From an uncultured Anaerolineaceae bacterium (GTDB lineage Bacteria; Chloroflexota; Anaerolineae; Anaerolineales; E44-bin32), in the NCBI GenBank assembly GCA_964575425.1, contig CAZNRD010000002.1, forward strand, positions 1,951 to 65,950: DNA of 64,000 bases. The letters run 5' to 3'. Positions 48,145 to 57,311 of this stretch are shown piece after piece. A model generated the notes under the pieces. The model saw only the letters and a list, made by a program, of their open reading frames with translations, had not been told where the DNA came from and ran no database searches. Numbering within the stretch: the stretch's first letter is position 1; each line of letters starts with the position of its first letter. Both the position numbers and the translations under genes were made by a program.

Positions 48145-49377
48145 CTAAGGTTTCGTCTTGTCGGCGGTGGCGCCAAAGTGGCCGTCGTGCACCGTGACGT
48201 CGAGGGCAGTGCCTGGAGGCGCCTGGGCCACCGTGCGGACAACGGTGCCGTCGTCGAGGCGGCGCACTACCGCGTAGCCTCGGGCAAGGACGGCCATCGG
48301 GTCGAAGGCGGCCAGTGCCTGGGAGAGGCCATTCAGGGCGGCGCGGTGCAGGGCGAGGGAGTGGTGCAGTCCAGAGACGCCGCGGTGAGCGAATTCGTCG
48401 AGGCGCTGCCGCGCACTGGCGATGTGTGCTCGCGGTGAGGCGAGGGCCAGCGCCGAGCGCCGCTGCCTGAGTTCCCAACGCAGGCGCTGGAGGTGAGCGC
48501 GAAGCCCGCGGGCGAGGTTCTGGCGACTGGATTCGATCAGCGGCAGGATTTCCGAACGATCGGGCGTGGCTATTTCGGCGGCGGCGGAGGGCGTGGGGGC
48601 GCGTCGGTCGGCGGCAAAGTCGGCGATGGTGAAATCGGTCTCATGGCCAACTCCGGAAACCACAGGCGCATCGGAGGCTGCAATGGCCCGGGCGACAGCC
48701 TCGTCGTTGAATGCCTGCAAGTCCTCGAGCGAGCCTCCGCCGCGCACGAGCAGGATGACGTCGGGGCGGCTGTAGCGGTTGAGGGAGTCAAGCGCGGCGG
48801 TGATGCTGGCCGAGGCATCGGGCCCCTGGACGGGCGTCGGGGCGAGCAGGACCTCAGCGATCGGGAAACGCCGCTGCAGCACGTGGAGGACGTCGCGCAG
48901 AGCGGCTGCCGTGGGGGAGGTGACGATGCCGATCCTGCGCGGCCACGCTGGGAGGGGGCGCTTCCGGGCGGGGTCGAACAGGCCTTCGGCCTCCAGCTTC
49001 GCCTTCAGCTGCAGGAAGGCCTGGAAGAGGGCGCCTTCGCCGGCAGGGCGGATGGTGTCGGCGTAGAGCTGGTAGAGGCCGCCTGCCTCGTAGATGCTGA
49101 TCCGGCCGTGGACCTCGACTGCCTGGCCATCGCGCGGGGGGAAGGGCAGGGCAGCCACATCGGGCCGCCACATCACGCAGCGCAGCGAGGCCTCGCCGTC
49201 CTTCAAGGTGAAATACATGTGGCCGGAGGCCGGGCGCGACAGGTTGGAGATCTCGCCCGCCACCCACAGGTCCTGCAGGCGGTAGTCGCTCTCCAGCAGC
49301 TCGCGCAGGTAGCGATTGAGTTCGGAGACCGCCCAGACGCGCGGCGTCTCCATCCCCCACAGGGACATCTGGTCCAT
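48145..49377 (-). CDS. xseA: Exodeoxyribonuclease VII large subunit
   Basis: VSELNRYLRELLESDYRLQDLWVAGEISNLSRPASGHMYFTLKD (OB fold) plus GIVTSPTAAALRD and RGGGS. Candidate ATG starts lie at 49377, 49368 and 49353. The upstream part of the 570-aa ORF is junk. Confidence 0.85.
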   Translation of the reverse strand: MDQMSLWGMETPRVWAVSELNRYLRELLESDYRLQDLWVAGEISNLSRPASGHMYFTLKDGEASLRCVMWRPDVAALPFPPRDGQAVEVHGRISIYEAGGLYQLYADTIRPAGEGALFQAFLQLKAKLEAEGLFDPARKRPLPAWPRRIGIVTSPTAAALRDVLHVLQRRFPIAEVLLAPTPVQGPDASASITAALDSLNRYSRPDVILLVRGGGSLEDLQAFNDEAVARAIAASDAPVVSGVGHETDFTIADFAADRRAPTPSAAAEIATPDRSEILPLIESSRQNLARGLRAHLQRLRWELRQRRSALALASPRAHIASARQRLDEFAHRGVSGLHHSLALHRAALNGLSQALAAFDPMAVLARGYAVVRRLDDGTVVRTVAQAPPGTALDVTVHDGHFGATADKTKP

Positions 49378-49510
49378 TACGCCCAGAATACCCTGCGGGC
49401 CGGAGGCTGTCAACTTCGGAGCGCGAGAGAACTGCCAGGGCGCCCGGACCTGCGTGGAGGACATCGAGCCACAATTGGCAACGCGGCAGTCATCGGGCAT
49501 AATCCACTCC

Positions 49511-51004
49511 ATGAGGGAAGCGAAACCATCCCTGTCTGGCAGAGGCCGGGTGCCAGAGGCTGTCTCCCGTGTCGGCTGGGCGTTGTGGCGGCGCGGGCGT
49601 GAGGTCACGGTCCGGTTCTTCTCTCCACAGGGCACAGCGGGTTCGTGGTCGTTCGCGGGCGCGGTGGCTGGCCTGATGTGGTTGGCCGGCGCAGTGATCT
49701 GGGGATTTGTGCTGTCGTGGGGCAGGATCGGGTTCGATGTGCACGACTGGACCCAAGAAGGGCCCCGCCTGGACTTCCTGCGGCGTGCGATCCTGGAGGG
49801 CCAGCTGCCGCTGCACATCGGCACGCCTCTGGCCTCGACGACTCGCTTCCTCTCCATTCCGGATACGCTGATCTCGCCGCAGGTCCTCCTGTTGCGTTGG
49901 CTGGAGCCTGGGCCCTTCGTGCTGGTTCATACGCTCTTCCTGTACACGCTGGGGGTCCTCGGGCTGATGCTGCTGGGGAGGCGGCTGAACTGGGCTCCGT
50001 TCACGTTCGTCGTCGTGTTCCTGTTGGTGATGCTGAACGGGCATCCGGTGGCGCAGATCGCCGTCGGGCACTCGATGTGGGCGAGCACCTTCCTTCTGCC
50101 GTTCTTCGTGCTGCTGCTCCTTGAGCTGGCAGACGGCGCGGTGGGCTGGGGCTGGGTGGCGAGGATATCCCTGCTGCAGTTCGGCCTGTACCTGCAGGGC
50201 GGGTTCCACTTCGTCAACTGGTGCCTGGTGTTCCTCCTGCTGTGGGGCTTGGCCTGGCGTCCGGCGCTGTGGCCATCGCTCAAGGCCGCCGCTGCCAGTC
50301 TGCTGGTGGGGATGGTGCGCATCCTACCGGCTGCGCTTGAGTTCGGAGGCGGCGAGCGCTCCTTCATCTCCGGTTACTTCTCTGTCGGTGATATGGTGCG
50401 TGGGTTCATCGAACTTCGCCCACCGCAGCAGGCTCTGACGGGTCTGAACCGCTCGCTGGGATGGTGGTAGGTCGATGTCTACAGCGGCCTGCTTGGTCTT
50501 GGCTCCCTGGTCGTCTGCGGGGTCTATGGCACGGCGCGGGATGAGCATCCCGGTCGCAAGAGCCTGTTGTGGCCATTGCTGTTCATGGCCGTCCTCTCGC
50601 TGGGGAGGCTCTATCAACCGTTCTCCTGGTTGGGACTGCTCGGTGCCGAGAGGGTTTCGTCGCGCTTTGTCGTTGTGCCCATGGTGACGCTGATGGTGCT
50701 GGGCGGTTCGGGCCTGGATCGGTGGCTGCGGGAGCGGCGAGGCCATCCCGGCCTGTGGCTGGCGTTTGCGGCGGTGACGGCGCACGGTCTGCTGCAACAC
50801 GCGCGGCTGTGGCGGTTGGAGAACATGCCCCTGCTCTTTGCCGTGATGCCGGTCGACATCCGCAGTGAAGTGCTCACGATCGCCGACGCGCCGTACGAGG
50901 CCAGTCTGAAGGGCGGCATGATGGTCACGCTGCTGGCGTTCGCGGCTCTGGCCGGACTTGCTGCGTGGGAGCGGCGCTCGTTCAAGATCTTGAGTCGTGC
51001 GTGA
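49511..51004 (+). pseudogene. Large polytopic membrane protein interrupted by an in-frame TAG
   Basis: ORFs 49511-50470 and 50567-51004 share one frame. The codons between them (VDVYSGLLGLGSLVVCGVYG...) read as a continuous hydrophobic protein. The single stop TAG lies at 50468-50470 in the context TGG TGG TAG GTC. Confidence 0.5.
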
Positions 51005-51013
51005 GAGAGAAGG

Positions 51014-51496
51014 ATGGACGAGGGATTGGAGGTTCGAGTGGGCGAGTTACTGCGCCGGAGGGGATGGACGCTGGCGCTGGGCGAGTCGTGCACGGGGGGT
51101 TTGTTGGGACATCGCATCACCAACGTGCCGGGATCGTCTGACTATTTCCTGGGGGGCGTAGTGGCCTACGCGTACGAAGCCAAGGAACGCTTGCTGAACG
51201 TGCGGCACGAGACGCTCTACCGCCACGGTGCTGTCAGCCGTGAGACAGCGCTGGAGATGGCCGATGGAGCGCGTCAGGCGTTCGGAGCAGATGTCGGTGT
51301 TGGGACCACGGGGATCGCCGGGCCGGGTGGGGGCCTGCCGGACAAGCCCGTGGGCCTGACATGGATCGCGGTGAGCACGCGCCAGATGGAGGTAGCGGAG
51401 AGCCACACGTTTTCCGGCGAGCGCCTGGGCATCAAGCAGCGGGCGAGCGAAGCTGCCCTGGCCCTGCTGGCCAGAGTGCTGGAAGGTGAGCCGTGA
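51014..51496 (+). CDS. pncC: Nicotinamide-nucleotide amidohydrolase (CinA C-terminal domain, PncC-like)
   Basis: 160 aa. LALGESCTGGLLGHRITNVPGSSDYFLGGVVAYAYEAKERLL and GTTGIAGPGG. Confidence 0.85.
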   Translation: MDEGLEVRVGELLRRRGWTLALGESCTGGLLGHRITNVPGSSDYFLGGVVAYAYEAKERLLNVRHETLYRHGAVSRETALEMADGARQAFGADVGVGTTGIAGPGGGLPDKPVGLTWIAVSTRQMEVAESHTFSGERLGIKQRASEAALALLARVLEGEP

Positions 51497-51741
51497 GAGA
51501 GAGGATTTCGGTGGAAGTGCATGTGGCGCAGGACGGGTCGCTGCGGCCGCTGGCCTTCGCCTGGAAGGGGCGCCGGCGCAAGGTGGCATCCCTCGGCCGC
51601 CGCTGGTCGGCGGAGGATGGCGAACACTTTCTGGTGCGCACCTCCGAGGGACACGTCTATGAGTTGACTTACGAGGAAAGCAGCGGTGACTGGTGGCTGA
51701 CGGGGAGTCGGACCAGCCGCGGGCCGCGTGCGGCTGCGTAG
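51493..51741 (+). CDS. Small conserved-looking hypothetical protein
   Basis: 82 aa. The GTG overlaps the pncC stop (GTGA). Beta-rich, with FAWKGRRRKV...HFLVRTSEGHVYELTYEESSGDWWL. Family not confidently recognised. Confidence 0.45.
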   Translation: MRERISVEVHVAQDGSLRPLAFAWKGRRRKVASLGRRWSAEDGEHFLVRTSEGHVYELTYEESSGDWWLTGSRTSRGPRAAA

Positions 51742-51743
51742 CG

Positions 51744-52493
51744 TCAGGCGGAGAGTACCATTTCCTGGAAATGGCGAGCGCTTTCGGGGCTGTGGCCGGC
51801 GTAGTGGTTGTTGAAGAAGCCGAAGACGTGGACTCCCTCGGCCAAGAAGCGGCGCACGCGCTCCGCCCAGGGAATGAGATCCCGTGTGCGGTCGATTTGA
51901 ATGCGGTCGAAGCGCTCGATGTCGCTGCGGCGGCCGAGCCAGCGGATCACGGTGAAGTGCGCCGTGATCCAATCCAGGCGAGGCATGTAGTAGAGGTCCT
52001 GCAGCACAAAGGCCACCCTGTGGCGCTGGAGCAGATGGCGCAGAGCGGGCGTGAGCCACTTCCGATTGCGAACTTCCACAGCATAGCGGACTCCAGGCGG
52101 GAGTCGGGAGAGGAACGCCTCCAGCCGGTCGGCCAGTTCGGGGGTGAAGTCGTAGGCGAACTGCAGGGTGAGCACCCCGAGTTTGTCGCCCAGCGCCTGC
52201 ATGGTGGCGACGAACGCTTCCGCCTCACGCCAAGCGTCTTGCAGTTTCCTCTCGTGGGTGATGTCCCTGGGGAACTTGGCGGAGAAGCGAAAGCCCTCTG
52301 GGGTGCGGTCGCGCCAGCCGCGCACCACCTCCGGGCGCGGCGTGGCGTAAAAAGTGGAGTCGATTTCGACGGTGGGGAAGTGCGCGGCGTAGTGCTCGAG
52401 GTATTCCGACTTCTGGGTTCCGGGTGGGTAGAAGGGTCCTACCCAGTCGTCGAAGGCGAACCCCTGTGTGCCGAGGAAGAGCGATCCGCTCAA
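51744..52493 (-). CDS. DUF72 (YecE/UPF0759) family protein
   Basis: 249 aa. GTQGFAFDDWVGPFYP, YLEHYAAHFPTVEIDSTFY and FRFSAKFPRDITH. Confidence 0.85.
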   Translation of the reverse strand: MSGSLFLGTQGFAFDDWVGPFYPPGTQKSEYLEHYAAHFPTVEIDSTFYATPRPEVVRGWRDRTPEGFRFSAKFPRDITHERKLQDAWREAEAFVATMQALGDKLGVLTLQFAYDFTPELADRLEAFLSRLPPGVRYAVEVRNRKWLTPALRHLLQRHRVAFVLQDLYYMPRLDWITAHFTVIRWLGRRSDIERFDRIQIDRTRDLIPWAERVRRFLAEGVHVFGFFNNHYAGHSPESARHFQEMVLSA

Positions 52494-53728
52494 GCCAGCT
52501 TCCCCAGCAGGGCCGCCACGCGCAGCACCACCGCCTCCGCCACCTCGGCCTTGGTCATCAGCGGGAGTTCCTGCAGGCTGCCCTCGGCGTCGATCAGGGT
52601 GACACGGTTCGTCTCGACGGCGAAGCCCGACTGAGGGTCGGTGATGTCGTTGGCAACGATCAGGGCGAGGCCCTTGGCCTGGAGCTTGGCGCGGGCGTTG
52701 CTCACCAAGTCCTGACTCTCGGCGGCGAAACCGACCACCACATGGGGCCGCCCGGTCTTCTGGCGCTGCGCTGCCACCTGGGCGAGGATGTCCTCGGTGG
52801 GCTCGAGCTCGATCTGGGGCACGCCCGCGGTGCGCTTGAGCTTGTGCACCGCGGGCACCCTGGGGCGGAAATCGGCGACGGCCGCCGCCATCAGCAGCGC
52901 GTCGGCCCTGGCCGCCGCATTGAGCACGGCCTCGCCCATCTCGCTGGCGGTGCGCACGTCAATCCGTTCGGCACCGGCGGGGGTGTCGAGGTGGGTCGGG
53001 CCGGTGATCAGGCACACCGAGGCGCCCTGATCGAGCGCGGCCTGGGCCAGGGCGAAGCCCTGCTTGCCCGAGGAGCGGTTGACGATCGCCCGCACCGGGT
53101 CGATCGGCTCCTGCGTGCCGCCGGCCGTGACGACCACGCGCTGGCCGGCGAGTGGGCCGTTGCGGCCGAGGGCAAGACGGATATGCCCCATGAGCTCCGT
53201 CGGCTCGAGCATCCGCCCCAGACCCACCCGACCCGAGGCCATGCGTCCTTCGCCCGGCCCGGCCACCAACACCCCGCGCTGCTGCAGTGTCTGCAGATTG
53301 CCCTGCGTCGCTGCGTGCTCGAACATCCCGGCGTCCATGGCCGGGGCGACGAGCAGGGGGCAGTGGACGGCCAGGGCAGTGATGGTGAGGAGCGAGTTGG
53401 CCAGCCCGCTGGCGACCATGGCCAGGGTGTTGGCCGTCGCCGGGGCGATGGCCATCAAATCGGCGCCTTCCGCGAGCGAGACGTGGAGCACGTGAGCATC
53501 TGCGCCCCACAGATCGGCATCGGTGAAAGCGCGGCGGCCGGTCAGGGATTGGAAGGTCAGTGGGCTGACGAATCTCTCGGCGGACTCGGTCAGGATGACA
53601 TCCACCCGGGAGCCGGCCTGGGTGAGTTTGGAGGCTAGATCCGCCGCCTTGTAGGCGGCGATCGAGCCGCAGACGCCCAGGATCAGGCGGCGGTTCTTCA
53701 GAGCGGAGATCGCAGGCATCGCATTCAT
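52490..53728 (-). CDS. coaBC: Bifunctional phosphopantothenoylcysteine decarboxylase / phosphopantothenate-cysteine ligase
   Basis: 412 aa. ILGVCGSIAAYKA, PAMDAGMFEH (decarboxylase half), VTAGGTQEPIDPVRAIVNRSSGKQG and AAAVADFRP (ligase half). Confidence 0.92.
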   Translation of the reverse strand: MNAMPAISALKNRRLILGVCGSIAAYKAADLASKLTQAGSRVDVILTESAERFVSPLTFQSLTGRRAFTDADLWGADAHVLHVSLAEGADLMAIAPATANTLAMVASGLANSLLTITALAVHCPLLVAPAMDAGMFEHAATQGNLQTLQQRGVLVAGPGEGRMASGRVGLGRMLEPTELMGHIRLALGRNGPLAGQRVVVTAGGTQEPIDPVRAIVNRSSGKQGFALAQAALDQGASVCLITGPTHLDTPAGAERIDVRTASEMGEAVLNAAARADALLMAAAVADFRPRVPAVHKLKRTAGVPQIELEPTEDILAQVAAQRQKTGRPHVVVGFAAESQDLVSNARAKLQAKGLALIVANDITDPQSGFAVETNRVTLIDAEGSLQELPLMTKAEVAEAVVLRVAALLGKLA

Positions 53729-53818
53729 AACCTACCCTGCCGCGCCGCGGCGGCCTCGCCGGACGAGGTGTCCGGTCCCGGGTATGATTGTACAACCACC
53801 CGGGGCCGTGGCTGCCTC

Positions 53819-53827
53819 TGTTATACT
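53819..53827 (+). promoter_or_regulatory. Extended -10 promoter candidate (TGTTATACT) upstream of the M2-like peptidase gene
   Basis: Lies about 37 nt upstream of the ATG at 53864. GGAGG lies at 53849-53853. Confidence 0.35.
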
Positions 53828-53863
53828 TTCGCCGCCCGAACCCTGCAGCGGAGGCTGGCAGTC

Positions 53864-55444
53864 ATGTCGCGCGAATGTCAGGAACTCATTGAGCAGACGG
53901 TGGAAGCGGTCAAGCCGCTCTTTGTGAGCTACACCCTAGCCGGCTGGGAGGCGGCCACGAGCGGCAGCGAGGAAGCCAACCGCAAGGAGCAGGAGGCCCA
54001 GGCGGCGCTGATGCGCTTCTGGGCGGACAGCGAACGCTATGCCCTGGCCAAGCGCCTGCATGACACGGGCGCCGCTGGGAACCCGCTGACCGCGCGGCAG
54101 GTGAAAGTGATCTATCTGGCGGCGGCCAAGGCCCAGCAGGATGAGGCCATCATCGAGAAGCTCACCCGGCTGGAAGCCGAGGTGCGGGGCAAGTACTACA
54201 ACTTCCGCGGCCGCGTCGACGGCAAGGAATTGAGCGACAACGAGCTGGATGAGATCCTTGCCAAGAGCAGCGACAGCGACGAGGTGCGCAGGGCCTGGGA
54301 GGCCAGTAAGCAGATCGGCGCCGAGGTGGCGGGAGAGGTGCGCGAACTGGCGCGGGTGCGCAACGCCGCCGCCAGGGCCCAGGGCTTCCGCGATCACTTC
54401 CAGAAGTCGCTGACGCTCGACGAGATCGACGAGGACGAACTCCTGGCTCTGTTTGAGAAGCTTGAACAGGCGACGCGCGCACCATTCGAGGCGCTCAAGG
54501 TAAGGATCGACCGCGAGCGCGCCAGACGCTTCGGCATCCCTGAACAGGACGTGCGCCCGTGGCACTATGGAGATCGCTTCTTCCAGGAAGTGCCCGAAAT
54601 GGGCGAGGTCCGCATGGATGACCTGTTCGCCGACAAAGATCCGATGGCTCTGGCAACGGCTACCTACGACGGGCTGGGCATGGAGGTGCGCGACATCCTC
54701 GAGCGCTCCGACCTCTACGCCCGGCCGGGAAAGAACCAGCACGCCTTCTGCATCGACATCGATCATGAAGGCGACGTCCGCACGCTCAACAACCTTGTTC
54801 CCAACCGACGATGGACCGAGACGCTGCTGCACGAGCTGGGACACGCCGTCTACGACAAGTACATCGATCGCTCGCTGCCATGGATCCTGCGCGAGCCGCC
54901 GCACACGCTTTCCACCGAAGCCGTCGCCTTGCTCATGGGCGGCCTGATCTACGACGCCGAATGGCTGAAGGGGATCCTCGGCGTTGCACCGGCGGAGGCC
55001 GAGCGCCTGGCGCAGGCTGCGCGTGAGCGGACCCGGGCCGCTCGCCTGATCTTCACCCGCTGGTGCCTCGTAATGACCAACTTCGAGCGGGCCATGTATG
55101 CGGATCCCGACCGCGACCTCGACACGCTGTGGTGGGACCTGGTGGAGAAGTATCAGAGGCTGCGCCGACCGGAAGGCCGCCGCGCCCCCGACTGGGCGGC
55201 CAAGTATCATGTCGCTCTGGCGCCGGTCTACTATCACAACTACGAGCTGGGATACCTCACGTCGGCGCAGTTCCACGACCGCCTGCAGCGAGAGGCGGGA
55301 GGTATCGTGGGCCGCCGGCAGGCAGGAGCGTGGCTGTTGGAGCGCGTCTTCCGACCAGGCGCAAGCCAGGACTGGAGAACGCACATCGCAAGCGCCACAA
55401 GGGAGCCGCTCAACCCGCAGTACTTCGTGAAGGCGGTGTCCTGA
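53864..55444 (+). CDS. M2 (ACE-like) family zinc metallopeptidase
   Basis: 526 aa. HELGHAVY zincin motif with a downstream LSTEAVALL (third-ligand Glu region). The N-terminal half is collinear with the ACE-type pattern (AGWEAATSGSEEA..., SSDSDEVRRAWEASKQIG). No signal peptide. Confidence 0.7.
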   Translation: MSRECQELIEQTVEAVKPLFVSYTLAGWEAATSGSEEANRKEQEAQAALMRFWADSERYALAKRLHDTGAAGNPLTARQVKVIYLAAAKAQQDEAIIEKLTRLEAEVRGKYYNFRGRVDGKELSDNELDEILAKSSDSDEVRRAWEASKQIGAEVAGEVRELARVRNAAARAQGFRDHFQKSLTLDEIDEDELLALFEKLEQATRAPFEALKVRIDRERARRFGIPEQDVRPWHYGDRFFQEVPEMGEVRMDDLFADKDPMALATATYDGLGMEVRDILERSDLYARPGKNQHAFCIDIDHEGDVRTLNNLVPNRRWTETLLHELGHAVYDKYIDRSLPWILREPPHTLSTEAVALLMGGLIYDAEWLKGILGVAPAEAERLAQAARERTRAARLIFTRWCLVMTNFERAMYADPDRDLDTLWWDLVEKYQRLRRPEGRRAPDWAAKYHVALAPVYYHNYELGYLTSAQFHDRLQREAGGIVGRRQAGAWLLERVFRPGASQDWRTHIASATREPLNPQYFVKAVS

Positions 55445-55539
55445 GGGCGGATCGAGGAAGACGGCGCCTTGAGCCTTGCCACTCTCTGGCTCCCAGCGTT
55501 TCCGGTCGGTGGAGAAGTCCGGGGCTGTGCGGACAGAGA

Positions 55540-55878
55540 TTATCCGTCGTACAACACGTCGGCCTTGGCGGCGAACACGAAGTCACTCTCGTGCAGGCCG
55601 TCGATCTTGTGTGTGAAGATCACCAGACCGACTTTCCCCCACGACAGGTGGACATCTGGATGGTGCCCGACCTGTTCGGCCAGCTCCCCCACGCGGTTGG
55701 TGAACTCCAACGCCGCGCGGAAATCTGGGAAGCGATATTCCTTCTCCAGGTGGTGCTCGTCCACCACGCGCCATCCTCCGCCGAGCTGACCCAGTGCCGC
55801 ATCGAGGGCCTCGCCCTTCAGGGGAGGGATGCCGCCCTTGCAAGGAATGCACTCTCGTGACGCCAGTTGGCTCATCAC
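55540..55878 (-). CDS. 4a-hydroxytetrahydrobiopterin (pterin-4-alpha-carbinolamine) dehydratase
   Basis: 112 aa. FPDFRAALEFTNRVGELAEQVGHHPDVHLSWGKVGLVIFTH. Confidence 0.85.
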   Translation of the reverse strand: MMSQLASRECIPCKGGIPPLKGEALDAALGQLGGGWRVVDEHHLEKEYRFPDFRAALEFTNRVGELAEQVGHHPDVHLSWGKVGLVIFTHKIDGLHESDFVFAAKADVLYDG

Positions 55879-56140
55879 AGCCTCCTCCGGCTCAACTAGA
55901 CCAAAGCGGTCCGCTATTTATCATGATACCGCGGGTCTGGCCCCCTGGCCGGGCGCCTTGGCGGGCGACGGCCGTCGCGTTGACGCGTGAGACCGGTTGT
56001 GGTAATCTCCCCGCCTATCCATGCACTCCGGGTCGGCCTGTGTTCGATGACTGTCTCCGCCCGCGCCCTCCTGGCGCGCAGGCGGAGTTTCGTCTGCGCA
56101 GGTGGTGGAGAGGCATGAGCAGCGAAGGAGGACGGACAGC

Positions 56141-56389
56141 ATGGAGGTCGATCGCAAGACCGGGACGGTGAAGTGGTTCAGCCGCGTCAAGGGTTATGGT
56201 TTCATCGCCCCGGACGATGCTGGCAAGGAGATCTTCGTCCACTTCAGCGGCATCGAGGGTGAGGGGTACCGCAATCTGGAAGAGGGGCAGCGCGTCACCT
56301 TCCTGGTCGAGGACACGCCCAAGGGTCCGCAGGCGGTGTCGGTGCGGGCAGCGGAGACGGGCGACCAGCACCCGCAGGCGGCTGCCTAG
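56141..56389 (+). CDS. Cold-shock protein (CspA family) with a short C-terminal tail
   Basis: GTVKWFSRVKGYGFI (RNP1) and IFVHFS (RNP2). ATG follows GAAGGAGG. A leader/intergenic region of about 260 nt lies upstream. Confidence 0.9.
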   Translation: MEVDRKTGTVKWFSRVKGYGFIAPDDAGKEIFVHFSGIEGEGYRNLEEGQRVTFLVEDTPKGPQAVSVRAAETGDQHPQAAA

Positions 56390-56459
56390 TCCTGCTTCTC
56401 CTACCGCGAGCTTGTGCAGCTGGGGATCGCGCTGGCGGCGGAAGCCGATGGCTGTGCTC

Positions 56460-56468
56460 TGCTAGAAT
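56460..56468 (+). promoter_or_regulatory. Extended -10 promoter (TGCTAGAAT) abutting the rsmI start
   Basis: The -10 box ends at 56468. The GTG at 56475 sits exactly where +1 is expected, and there is no SD. Confidence 0.4.
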
Positions 56469-56474
56469 AGCGGC

Positions 56475-57311
56475 GTGGGCACGCTGTATCTGATTGCCAC
56501 GCCGATCGGCAACCTGGAGGACATCAGCCTGCGCGCCTTGCGAGTGCTGGGCGAAGTGGGGTTGATTGCAGCGGAAGACACGCGTCACACCCGCAAACTC
56601 CTTTCCCATCACGGCATTCGCTCGCGCCTGCTTTCCTACCACGAGCACAACAAGGTGGAGCGTGTGGCGCAAGTACTGGAGGCCCTGGAAGGCGGTGATG
56701 TGGCGCTGGTCTCGGATGCGGGCACGCCCGGCTTGAGCGATCCGGGCTACGAACTGGTCATGGCCGCGCTTCAGGCGGGCCACCGGGTCTGCCCGGTGCC
56801 GGGGCCGTCGGCCGTGACCGCTGCGCTGGTTGCCTCGGGCCTGCCGACGGATTCCTTTGTGTTCATCGGATACCTGCCGCGTCAGGTGGCGGAACGCCGG
56901 CGACTGCTGCCGACCCTGGCGGCTGAGCGCCGCACGATCGTCGCCTTCGAGGCGCCGCACCGCCTGCGGGCATCCTTGCGGGATCTGGCGCAGGCGCTGG
57001 GGAGTGAGCGCCCGGTGGCGGTGTGCCGCGAGCTCACGAAAATCCACGAAGAGGTGCTACGAGGGACCCTGGGCCAGGTGAGGGATCACTTCGCGCGGCA
57101 TGCGCCGCGCGGAGAAATCACGCTGGTGATAGGCGGCGCGCCCCGAGGCGAAGGCGCGAAACCCCGACGGTGGCCGGCGAGCAGGGTGCGGCGATTGCTG
57201 GCGGCGAAGCGGGCCGAGGGGCTGTCGCTCGCCGAGGCAGCGCGCCAGGTGGCGGGGCTGAGCGGTTGGAGCCGGAGAGAGCTGTATGCGCTCTCGGCGG
57301 AGGTGCGATGA
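56475..57311 (+). CDS. rsmI: 16S rRNA (cytidine1402-2'-O)-methyltransferase
   Basis: GTLYLIATPIGNLEDISLRALRVL, AAEDTRHTRKLL and VSDAGTPGLSDPGYELV. Confidence 0.9.
   Translation: MGTLYLIATPIGNLEDISLRALRVLGEVGLIAAEDTRHTRKLLSHHGIRSRLLSYHEHNKVERVAQVLEALEGGDVALVSDAGTPGLSDPGYELVMAALQAGHRVCPVPGPSAVTAALVASGLPTDSFVFIGYLPRQVAERRRLLPTLAAERRTIVAFEAPHRLRASLRDLAQALGSERPVAVCRELTKIHEEVLRGTLGQVRDHFARHAPRGEITLVIGGAPRGEGAKPRRWPASRVRRLLAAKRAEGLSLAEAARQVAGLSGWSRRELYALSAEVR

Noticed and set aside
50468-50470. In-frame TAG as a possible pyrrolysine codon (a URO-D/MtaA-like methyltransferase gene lies in the window)
   Set aside because: The interrupted gene is a polytopic membrane protein, not a methylamine methyltransferase. 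There is no pylS/pylT/pylBCD or corrinoid protein in the window. A nonsense mutation or base error is far more likely.
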